Assembly (NCBI GenBank): GCA_965202585.1
Contig: OZ241827.1
Span: forward strand, 61,318,001 to 61,382,000
Origin: Thalia democratica
Taxonomy: Eukaryota
Direction: 5' to 3'
DNA length: 64,000 nt
The position numbers were made by a program, and so were the translations under genes. Below the pieces are notes generated by a model. That model was not told the DNA's origin, searched no databases, and saw only the letters and a list, made by a program, of their open reading frames with translations. Positions 37,866-50,500 of this stretch are shown here, piece by piece (position 1 is the stretch's first letter; each line of letters starts with the position of its first letter).

Positions 37866-38173
37866 TAAATAACCTTATAAAATATTCTAGTCTATACTAA
37901 AACATTCTACAGTGTTACGATGACTTATTAGGTAATTTAAATATGAAAAAATGTTTTACTACAGCACTTTAATGATATATATCTAACTAGGTTTAAACTA
38001 AACTTTAAAACTAAGAAAAAAATACAGAGCCATAAAATCTAAATGAAAAAAGTACAAAGTTTTATTGAAAGGAGCAAAAACAAAATAATTTAAAAACAGG
38101 AGCTCATAAAACAAATACAAAACTTCAACACCTTCAAGCGCTGCGCTCTGCTTCGCACAGCTCAAATTTCTTT

Positions 38174-38510
38174 TTAACCTTCGGGCGGTTTTATCTCGCA
38201 AAGACCAAACTTGTCGCCCGAGTAAAAAGATGTGCATGTTCCCACCGGAACATCGGTGCAGCAGTTGGTGTCGTCCATATTCAGTGGGCCTTTGTAACCG
38301 ACATACACACAGTCCTGGTAAACTGCGGTGATCCTATTAACACGGCCGTTATTGGGCTCAGGCGGTACCCACGAGAACAAGTTTCCATTCATTCTAGTGT
38401 CAAACACCTCATCTGAAGCTGAAGATCCCGGTTTCCGCCACTCACCCTCAACAACTTCGTCGGTCAGGCCGATCCACGCTGGATTTTCCAGGACCAAATC
38501 CCTGATTTCT
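38174..38510 (-). CDS. Terminal CTLD C-half exon L5
   Basis: WIGLTD, EPN, MDD, GLCE; stop TAA; AATAAA at 38061-38066. Confidence 0.87.
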
Positions 38511-41500
38511 CTGTTTTTTTATTTTCAGATTTACGCGGTAATAAAGTTCAAATGAATCCGTTGTGATTTTTTGCGGTAAACGAGATGAAGAAAAAATTAA
38601 GCATGTCAGTTGGATTTAATTTTATATGCAAAGTTGTGTACGTCCGATGTTACTCAAAAAATTGTTGTTATTTTGCTAACTAAATCAAAACTTAAGTTGT
38701 CTGTTATATTCTTAGGATAGGTTAGTTAAATAGTGAAACACACAGAATTAATCGAGATTTTTAAAGTTGGTAAAAAAGAAATATTTTTTATCGTAAAAAA
38801 GTACTTTCACACAAGTTCAAGTCATTATCAAGTTGTCAAACGAAATGCTGTTTTGTTTTATAGACATACATATATATATATATTTAAAATACAACTTACG
38901 GGTGATACATTTTCCCGTCGGGTCCCAAGTTTTTATATATTAGGTCTCCACTCATTTCTTGACATTGCTCCCGAGCCTGGTTAAACGTACCCTTTTTTTT
39001 CGTTAAGCTGAACTCGTATTCCCCTGTGAGTTGTTAGTGAGTCAAAAATAATTCAATAAGAAACCAACATATTAAGCATTTTCGTCAAGGTACAATTTTA
39101 GTAAAAAAGGTTTTAGTTTATACAAATTAAGCTTTTATTTGGTCGTTATGTTTATGTGGTTTATTTCGTAATTATGCTTTTTATGTTGGTGAAACTAAAA
39201 ACCTTAATTTAATTAATGATTTTTAACTTGAAATATACTCATCAATTAGTGATGTTTAGATGAATAAAGTACAAAAACTGGTAATTTGAATCATCGCAAG
39301 CGTATCTAGTCATGGTGTAGTCAGTAAAGTCTAGTTCTACGATTTTCACATTGAAATCGTCCGGGGTTGGTAGGGGAGGACAAACTTAATAAAACTGTAG
39401 TTTAAAATCCAATAGTTTTAACGCATTGTTGAAACATGCTTGTGTTATCTATAGGCTAAAGATTATACAAATTTTAACGTTTAAAATTTTTATAAAAAAC
39501 TCTAAAAAAGCAATAGTTTTGGTTCAAACTTTTTTTGTTTGTTGTTTTTTGCTTACTTTTAACGCATTCTGCGTTTTCTGACCACCCATCTACAGTGCAT
39601 GTAGTATAGTTGCTTCCAGAAATACGTATAAATCCTTGATTACATTCGTAAGTTATTTTGACGCGCCGTACAAGCTGATCTCCTAAATATCTCTCTTCGA
39701 TATTATAAGATGCATTAGGTATTGCTGGACACCTCACATCTATTTTTTATCAATAGTGTCACATACAGAAATAAAAACTAATACAAACATCTCAAGTGTT
39801 AAAAAACTCTACACATACTAAGTAGAAATTTAATCTTTTATGTAAATAACAAGATTAGTACTTTCATGACATTCCGGTGTTGGTATTTCACAGAGCACAT
39901 TCATTTCAAACGTAGAGCTTCGGTCGATTAACATTTGTTGTTTTGAGAGGGTTACGTAGTCTTCAGCAGGAAAAACGTGGTTGGGCTCACCAAATGTCCA
40001 AGTGTACTTCACATCTTCTTCTTTTGTCGGCGTCTCACCGTGATCCTTGATTCTTGAATCTTTATCTGTCTCGTACGCTATTGAGTTGTCTGACACAAAC
40101 TTGAAGACTTGTTCGGTTTCCGAATCACTTATACCGGTCCAGCACTCCCAGGTGAAACCTGATAGAGTGTTTTCTATCACACTGTAAAAAACATTAGCGT
40201 CAATATTTTTGAAAAAGAATGCAATAAAACTTTAGTTAACCCGAAAGAGCAGTGACGGAGTTATCGGAACTGCAACTTATACTGGCTGTTAAATATTTTG
40301 ACTCTGTAATTATTTTTTGTCGTAGATATTTTAGATTGCTTGCTTTAATTAAACTCATTCAAAAGAAATTATGAACATTAAACATACAATGTTTGTTCGT
40401 TCCGATACTAACACTATATAAAGGACCGTTGAGCAATTTTATTCGGGCCGCTACTTATGTTTAGTTAAAAAAGTTTGTAGTATACAAATAAACATAAAAA
40501 ATCATTAAAATTACAAGTTTGATATAAATTAAGTTTTAAGTAAACTTTAAGGCTAATTACATTGTTACATGGCAGACTGAGACCGGTTTCGTCCTTATTA
40601 GGACTCATCAGTCACTCACAACCAAAAAACTTGCAGTCATCACAGACTGATGAGTACCAATAAGGAGAATCCGGTCTCAGTCTACCGAAGGCTTGTGGTC
40701 TGATGATCTAATCGGCATGATCAAACCTTATGTTAAACATGAGCTTGTCTTACGGCATACGAAAGTCCACGCTTAGCCTCTGTAGACTTTCGCCGATGTT
40801 TTCGTTGTTAGAAATAACTAAATCAATAAAATAACTTATTATTTTTGCAAGAAGTGACATAGTTTACATTTCACATATAAGCTTAAAGTCAATGGAGAAA
40901 AACAGTAAATTAAAGTTGGTATATACTTATTAATAAAATAATTTGTTTTATATTATTTATTCGACAGCTTTGCGTCGCATTACAACATTTTCGACTGAAA
41001 TTAAAAACAATAAAGCTAAGTAAAATAATTATCAAAAAAATTCGAAATGTACCCAAAAAGTTAATACGAAAATAACCTAATTAGAAAAACTTTATCTTAA
41101 TTAAATACTCCTGATATTTGTTAAATCTTAATGATTATATTTTCTATACAGCACCTCTCCCTGAAAACCATTTTTTTTATTAACTGTTTTTGTATTTTAC
41201 AACCTAAGGTAGAAACTTCCATAACTGAGTTTATAAACTGCATAAAAGTGTAAAATAAATTCTCATTAGAGATTCAAACTAAACAAGTTCGTTAAAATGT
41301 AACAATAATTTTGTACTTAGTTCAAAAAAGCAATTACTTTTTACAACTGAGAAATTAAGTGGGTTTATCAAAGTTTTTAGTGCAGTTCATATAAATACTT
41401 ACCTGTTTAAAAATATTATGCTATTTTATATACTAAGCTTAGATAAAAGTCTCCTATATTTCCAAGTTTTAATGCAAAAGTGACCAAAGTTTAACAACAA

Positions 41501-44500
41501 TTTGCTTTACAAATTATACATTTGCTTATTTTCTAAAGATTGTGTGTTTATGTATACTGTTGAAGTTGATAAATTTTTGATTCTTAGGTCAAACGTTGAA
41601 AAAAAAAAACAAGTAGTTATAATTAAAAAATTGAATTTCTTTTAAGCAACTTACTTATGATAGTTTTTCCACCTAAGCTTCATACTTTGCTCTAGCAAAC
41701 GTCCACTATTTTCTTCACAATGACTTTTAGCGTCTCCAAAGTTCTCCAGTTTTTCAGACGTGATGAACTGAAAACAATCTGAAAGTAAACAGTAGTTACA
41801 GCTTTGAAATTAAGTTAATATAGTATTTAGAACTTTATTAAAATGTTTTAAGTCTAAGGCTTATAGGAATAAATATATATGCATCTTTAGTTTCTCCCAA
41901 AATATCTTATTTTATCAAATTTTTAGAAAAACAATTAAAAAAAGTCAGAAATATCTAATTAAACTACTTATTAAACGTAACTTTTATACACCCTTTTTAA
42001 GTTATGGAAAACAAATTAAATTTGCTTTGGCGGTTTAATATAAATTTTTGAATACATCATTATTCAACTTTTCCTATCGTCTCGCGCCAACTACCGTTGT
42101 AAACCGAATTTTAAAATTTGTTTTGAGGCCTTATATGCGCAAGAGTCTTGGCTTTCTACCTACTAACTTAAAAAAACAAAAACAAAAAAAATTATCGATA
42201 TGTCGGGCTATTGGCCAACTTAAAACGCAGCAGTTTATCAGCAATAATAATTAAGTAAAACAAACTGAAAGATAATTCTTAACTAGGTCCTTATAAAGGA
42301 TCTAGGATTCCGCAAAATGTCTTTAAATAGCCAGTTACTTTTTTTTTCAAATCTATTTTGTTCTAATTACTATTTACTTGGTGTTCGATTAGTATTCATA
42401 ATTTATTAATTGTTTCTTAAGTTTACCCATATTTTTATTTACTTAAATGATTTTGTTTATATTTATTTAGTTTGACTTGAAAATGCATTTTTTGATAACG
42501 AAATTATAGAGTTGTAACTATTTTTAATGATAAAAATGCCACATTGAAAACCATCATACTTAGTTATTTCAAACCTATTTTAATAATCTTAAATTTTCAG
42601 TGCTACGATATCAGTAAATATAAAATCATCATACTAAAAGTCAAATCCTATCACCTACCTTAGTAAAAAATGTCATAATAATCTATAAACAAACTTTATA
42701 GATTAAAAATTTACATAAAGGCGAAAAAACAATTAATTAATTTAAAATGTGAGTTCCTCTACTAAATAATCTTATTGTTAAAAATAGTTTTTCAAAAAAT
42801 TAATTATATAACTTAAAACTAATTGAACTGTTTAAACCTACAACATTTGAAAAAAAAAAGATAAGTCTCAACTGAAAATAAATATTTTTGAATTCTAGAG
42901 TAGAATAAATCTAATAATTTAGAGGTAGACAAAACTAAGCTAGTATTTATGACTATCATTTATTCTCCTTTTGCACAAAACAAAAGTTTTATGAGTTGAG
43001 TACTTTTATTAAAAATGGTGGAACTTTAATAACTGACTACAACTAAAAGGCAATCAAATCACAGTACTAAAAACACTTTTGTATTGTGAGCAAAATATCA
43101 AAACTTGAAAACAAAATTTTATCCTTAGAAGAGTGGTAACAGTGCAGACGCTGAAAACTAAAAGCAACTAACTGTTACGACACTGGAGCACATTTTTATT
43201 GTTCCACATACCATCTTCCTGACACTTATAAACAAAGTCACCCAAATACAGCTTGTCGTAACCACTTTTGCACACGTACTCGACTTGCAGCGCCTCGTCA
43301 AAACTCGCTTTCGTTTTCGTTACCATTTCAATGTTGTAATTATCGAGCTTATCATCGGGTATTGCATCCGGGCAGTCTGCAACATTGCGGTGCATGTTAA
43401 AGTGACTTTTCAGAAACGAACAATTCTAAATGTTCATTCAGATTTCTCGCGTTTCGCAAAAAGTTAAAAACTTAAATTGATATAAGCAACATCATTTTAG
43501 TTTGTTGCAAAAATGCATATAAAATATCTTTCAAAGTGTGTTTTATAAACAGTTGTATACTGATTTTGAATCAAGTAGATTAGGTAAGGGACTAGGCGGG
43601 GTTTTTAATACTTTAGTATATAGTTCTTCAAAGCAAGTTAATTATGTGTTAGTTTCAACAACTAATCTAAGGAAAAACTTTTATTAGTGAAAACGACTTT
43701 TCAAAATAACTTTACTTTTAACTTTGGTCATATGAATTTTTAAAACAAAAACAGGATATTTTAAAGATTATAAAACTTAAAAGTTTCTTAAATTAAGCAA
43801 ATTGCATAGATATTTTACTTTGATTTTTATAAAAACCACAAAATATTGATAATATTTTAACTTTTGTTTTACAAAGAATAATAAAAACTTCAACGAATTG
43901 ATAACTTTAAATTAACATTTAAAACTAAGCTTTCAGCACAAAAAATTGAAGCATTTTAAAACTAATTAACCTGTTTGCAAACTTGACGAAATACTCTTAA
44001 TTTGACAAACTTGTTATATCGCTAGTAAACTTTAAAGGAACGCATAATTTAAAAGCATTGCCTGGTAGAATTAAACAGTTCAATAAGTAATAACTCTACT
44101 CAACATTCTACAGAGCAAGATTAATAGAAAAAATTTCATATATCACCTTTTCTACATTTTCCTCCTACACCGACCCACGTTGCGTTCTTGCTACAAGTAA
44201 GTTGGAACGACTCTGCGCTGCTCCCGTCTTCCAAAAAGAGCGAAGAACCACCTTCGCACACGAAAGTTGCTACGCGATGATAAGAAGCATCGTCGGTCAC
44301 TGATAATTGTGTGTTGTTAAATGATGGAACTTCAGGACAATCTGTAATGAACGATTCATACGGTCTAGGTTTGTATAGCTTAGTCAATTAGTAAGGAAAC
44401 TATAGTAATATACGCATTCATTAAATAATTTAAGTGAAACTTTACTAGTTTGAAAATCGACAACAAATTGGAAATTTTGAAAAAAACTATCTTTTAAAAA

Positions 44501-47500
44501 TCAAGTACAAAACTTGGCATCAAGTTAAGTGTATTATATATCGGGTAACTAATACACACATGAGGGTACTCAATAAGTTTCTAAAAAGAAAAAATTATAT
44601 ATTTTTTTTCGGGTCAATGAATCTAGCAATATTTTTCTACATATAACTTTTTAGACTTTATTTAAAGTGAAAGTTTTTTGATAAAAAACATTTTTATTTA
44701 TTTCTGTGCTATCAAATAAAGAGAAATTTGTGGCAAACCCACATAATCAATAACTGTGATATACTACTCAATGATGTTCACATTTTATCAAGCTATTTTG
44801 CAAAATTTGTTTGCAGAAATCAAACATTAAGACTTTAGCTATTTGTGGTAAATAATATTTCTATGGTATGAGCCTAAAATTATTTACTTTAAAAAACCCA
44901 CTTGAGTCATACATCACGAATGCAAACTTATCACTAAATCGATTAAGATTTATCGCTTTTATAACAAAACCGGATTAAAAAAAAATTAATTGCGAAATTC
45001 ATAACCGTTTTGATATCTTATAAATTATAGAAAACATCTTTATTTTGTACATAAAACAATAAAGTAACTGATCCGTGTCACTGATCAAAATTAATAAAAA
45101 ATCGTTACTATTATATTATTAAGTAGATTTAAGTATAATTTGCAAATAAATATAAAACCAGATAAAAAAAGATTATTTTAAAATTTTGAAAAAGATAATT
45201 TCAAGACTACAGCTGAGTGATCAATTCAGATTTATTTTAATTGTAACTTAAATATCTGCTAATACTATTATAATAGAAACTAATTCAGTAAAAAATGAAC
45301 AACGTTTACGCAGTTATTTTTGACAACACAAAAAAAATATATCAAAAATAAGAATGATTCCAATGATTACAACATTTTTTAAATTTGAACGCTCAAAGAT
45401 AAGCAAAGTATTTAAATAGATTTAGTAATCTGAATTGATAAGAAACTTTTTATACATAATACTTTACTTTAATTAAAATGTTGAGAAGGGTATATAACTA
45501 AAGGTCTACTTTTGGCATTGATGTTGAAGTTACAAAAAAACAAAATAAATTTTTATATTTTATATTTTAGATCAAGTGCTTAAATAAGTAAAGTCACAGT
45601 CTATATAATTAACAAACACTCTCTATATGAGCTTTTATTAAAGATATTTTCACCATTTGTTATTTTGATATACAATATATAAATTGAATTGTAGTTTTCC
45701 TTATTTAACATCTAATCTACAGTTTGCATTGGGGTGGCTTTTAAAAAATCAAATGGTGCCTACGTGAAAGTTTCTTCAAAACATTAAAAATTAACGCAAT
45801 CTAAAAAGATTAATCTATTTTGTGAAAACTGCATCTTAATTACACTCAATGTTTTTGATACTGTGAGATTAATTACTTACAGCCTCAAATATATACACAA
45901 TAAAAATATATTTTCCGATTTGTTCTAATTATATATAAAATACACGTTTTATGTTTGACCAAAATATACATTTCCTCAAAAGGTCCATCAACATGTTTAT
46001 AAATATTTTTTCTTAAATTATATTTGTTTGTAGAGACTGTTTTTAAAAATCAATGGTTACATGGCAATTCAAACTCTTATAGAAAAGTTTTTTAAGTAGC
46101 CATATATCAATAAGTTATATTTTTAAAATAAAATCTATGGTAGGTCTAAGATCACAATGGTAAAAAACACACTTAAAAAAACTATATAACAGAACATTAA
46201 TAATTACTATATTTTAGTGAGTTTTAAAACTTATTTAAGCTAAATTTTATTCATTAGATTAATTTTTAAATAGATTAAAATGCTATTGTAGGTCTAACAA
46301 TAAGATTATAATGGTAAATTACTTTGGCTTTTAAACATTTATTAAAAGAGATGATTATCAACAACTCAGAATTATTAAAATTTGAGTTATTAAAGTCCAA
46401 TTGTCAGAACTTTAACAGACGTGCACCCAAAAATTATACAATGAATGCATAAAGCTATTCAAAACTGTGTAAGAAAGTATTATAAAAGTGCTACTAGATT
46501 TGATGTAACTTTTATGACTTTTTGTAAGTTTTCTTGAATTTCTAGCTACTTTTTTAATCAAGAAGTGCCTTCACAAACTTAAGTTGAATCGTCTTAAATT
46601 GTACCAAATTTTTTTGTTATAATTTCCATATGTAAAATATTTAAAAGCTAAAAACTTTAAGGTTGCATTTCTGGATCCCAGACAGTTCGCATTGGAGGGG
46701 CTTTAAAAAATCAAATGGTGCCTGCGTGAAAATTTTTTCAAATCATCGAAAAATTTTCACACGAAGTTGTTGTAATATTTGCCAATTGCAATAAAAACTA
46801 GCTGAAAACACAATAGTCGCTGTTTTTATAAGCACCTTACTGTGCAAAGTTGTTTAAAAGTTTGAAAAACATTACAAATGAAAACAGTGGTATGCTCACA
46901 ATTCCCATCCAGAACTTTTTTTATTTCTTTTCCTCTTTATTTATTTTCTCATTTTTTTACTATCACAGTTACCCTTAATCCTTACCTTGTAATTTTTATT
47001 CATACCAATTTTCTTACTAAATTATTTTCAACTACAACTAAGCGTGTCAAGAAAATAATACATATATTTGACCTACTATTAACAACTATTAAGGTAATTG
47101 GCTATGATTAAAATTTTCGAATGGAATTAAATAGTCTTGAAAGTTATTTTTACACAAAACGTTACCTTTGTAGCATAATAAGCTGGATACGTCAACTACA
47201 CCAGGTGTTGTCCCACCACATGCTGCCATCAGATCAGTGTTGGAAGCGTAACCACTTTGACATTTAAAGTCAACCTGAGTACCGTGTTCAATCGGTAGAT
47301 TAGGTGGTGATCCATTTACTGTTGCCGTGGCATAATCTACTGGAGGAATACTGCTGCACTCTGTGACAAAAATCAATGATTTTTAAAGATAAATTATCAC
47401 CGTAAATAGTCAGATGAAACTTTTTATTAAAGGTAATGTCACAATCTAAAAAATTTATAATGTGTGATAACCGAACTCGTATTAAATTCTTTTTTTTAAT

Positions 47501-50500
47501 ACAATGAGTTTAAACTCTTAAAACAGGGGTAGGCAAAATGAGGCCCACGATGTACTTTTCAACTAAAATTATACTGTTTTCTAGGAAACTTAGGAAACTT
47601 TCTTAAATTTCATCCGAGCTTTTTGGCTTGTCATGTTTTGCTTGCACCACTTATGCAAATAAAACTGCCACGCGTACAAATGTATAGCAAATTAGCTTTT
47701 TGAAAACCTGCGCACAATGGATAACTAGAAGTTTGACTTTTAGTAAAACTTCTTAAATTTTATTTATATAGTAGTAGAGGGGTGCACGTCTATTCAAATT
47801 TGTACAATTCAAATTCCGACAATTCAAATTCTTAAAAAAACATTGAAACGGCCACAAAAAAATGTAATGTATATTTATCGAAAATAAAAAAGACATATGT
47901 TAATAATATTAGTATTTACATGCTATTTTTATCTTTTTGCAAAAAATTAAATCTTTTTTGAGATATGGCTTCAATAAAGTAAAATACATATTTATTTTTA
48001 GTAATTTTAAAATATCTTGATAAATATTTTATATTTTACAAAAATTAAAATAAGTTGCTTTTAGATATTAATAAAATCTACATATGTATATTTTATTTTT
48101 TCCAAATTTATACTACTATTTGAGATATAATCTTTTAAATAATTTTTTTAAGAATTTTAATTGACGGAATTTGAGTTGTCCGAATTCGAATTGTCATGTA
48201 ACTAGAAGTAAAGTCGTGTTTAATAACTACATAACTTTTTTCATTCCTTGAAATAATTCCAAATTGTAAATATTAGGTATTAATTCGTATTTAACAAGAA
48301 AATGGAACTTCAAAACAAAAAAATGTTTTTTTTTGTAAATAGTTGTAATGACTACTATTTTAAATTTACTCTCAACTAAAATGATTTGGAGAGCAAATTT
48401 GAACACAACATAAAACTAGAAACATATAGTTTTTCTAATCATACTCTTAAACAAACAGAATAAAACATCAACTGACTTGGCGTGCAGGCGGGAGGTATAG
48501 AGCGATCCCAATCGCCTGAGTCCTGACAAGTGATCGTGTCGGAACCTTCCAGGGTGTGGTGAGCATCGCATGAGTAGACGGCTCTTGTGCCAGGAATCAT
48601 CAATTTGTCGTCCGTGCTGTACACTATCTTGTAGCTGGACCGGCCTACGAGAGGTGGGTATGGGCACACTGGTTTGGAAACAAGCAAGTTTTACAATTAC
48701 GTTATGATATAGTTTTTCAAAGCATAATCAAGAAAATTTACAAAAAAAAACATGGGAAAAAATAAAAGGTTAAAGTAATCTTGACCGACTTAAACAACAT
48801 CTAGATTATACTTTTTTTTTCAGAAATAGAACCTAAAACAAAAACATCAGATATATCTATTGAGCATTATTATAAGGATCAATTATCAAAATAATATTTA
48901 TTTAAGGTTTTGAATTTTCTTGACAACTAAAAGCAAACATAATAAGTTAAATATCAGGTTTAACTTTTAAAAATTTTAGTACTTTACTAAAGTTTTATTT
49001 TAGATTATAACATGTTCAATTTGTTTATTTTGATTAACAACAACATTAAAGAAAAAGTAATGTTTTATACGAAACAAACAATTTGACCGACTTTTTAAAC
49101 ATTCAAATTCATTCTTCTCCCAGTCTCCACCATTTACACAGTTGTAAGTTGTGCTCACAGACTCTGGCACCAAAAAGTACGAATTTCTGCAAGTGTAAGT
49201 AACTCTTTGCTCAATTGTTTCTGAATTAACTTGATACTCTAAGTTAATAGTTTTTTCTGCATTTGGTATTGTTGGTGATGGGCCACAATCTACAAAAACA
49301 CTAGAAATTTTAGAAAAAAATTTGTAAATTTTAAAACACAAAGTTAAGCAAAACGTAACAAAAGTTATAAAATAGTAACAAAACTTTTATTACGTAAAAA
49401 CAACAAGTTTCTCAATAGGCAGTAGAGTAAGTAGGTAGTGTATAACTTAAAATGAATTGTTTTTTTACGTGTTGATTAGACTAGCATTATAAACTAACGG
49501 GAAGAGAATATTCTATTTAGATTAATAGTTATTTTACAGAGGTTGTTAGACTTAAAATAAACTAAAATTTTTATAAAACTAACTTTTTACAAAAAGTATA
49601 AATATTAAAAAAAAAAAAAATTTCTATATTAAGACTTTCAACCGTTTTATTAAAGTCGCTTTGAAGGATGATTAAAAGTATGCAACTAATGCGAAGCGTG
49701 ATATCGTCATATGGCATGTGAAAAATATTTAAAGTTAGCTCTAATTTGTTTTTGTGTCAAAAAGTTAATATCTTAAAAAAGCTAAAAACAAAAATTTTAG
49801 GTTTTATAGGTTTCTGCATTTTAGTTAGTTTATGGTTCTCCGTACCGACTATATTGTCACAATGCATCGTAACTATTTCCAAAATATTGAAGTAAGAAGT
49901 TTTAAAAAAGACAAAAACTGTTTAAAATAACAGCTTTTGATGATTATAAATAATCATGCATAGTTTACCAAATATTTATGAAAAACTAATCTAATGGAAG
50001 CAGTTATTTGAGCTTATTTTATAATAGGGTAAACAATCGTTTCTTCAACTTTATATATAATGCTGGGTGATATGTTCAGTAATGTATTCTATCAAAATGG
50101 ATCTTAGTTTTACAAGTACCAATTATGATTCACTATAGTTAGAATAATTTATTTAAGTTACAGTAACAATGATAATTTTATTTTTAGAAAATTTTTTTTA
50201 TCTTCATTTTGATCCTCGATCCTTAGTTCAGTAAAAATAGCCAGGTTGTTTTATTAAAAAAAAAACAGTTTAAATAACACTATATATTTGAAGATAGTCA
50301 TACAAAAAAAAAGTTTTAAAGTTAATTCTGTCAGACACTATTTATATTAGTTCAAGGACTTTTGTCTTATGATTATGTGAAAATTTGTTGTATTTTCATT
50401 AATTGGATTACACTTAGAAATTAAGTAACATTCAGAAACCTGAATAGCACTCAAAAGTTGGGGTCCATTCACCGTTTTTGCCGCAAGTCATTCTTGAAAC

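Larger units (their letters stand above)
20340..39478 (-). repeat. Tandem array of ~8-kb units (about 20340-28380, 28381-38470, partial 38471-39478)
   Basis: Collinear L-N-C-gag-CR1-hammerhead-L order; unit 2 is longer because of two hAT insertions; homology with the main gene breaks at gattatacaaattt(t)aac (21336/29365/39478). Confidence 0.95.

Noticed and set aside
40700-40740. Third CTGATGA near the hammerhead pair
   Set aside because: No GAAA or GUH in register; cannot fold as a hammerhead.
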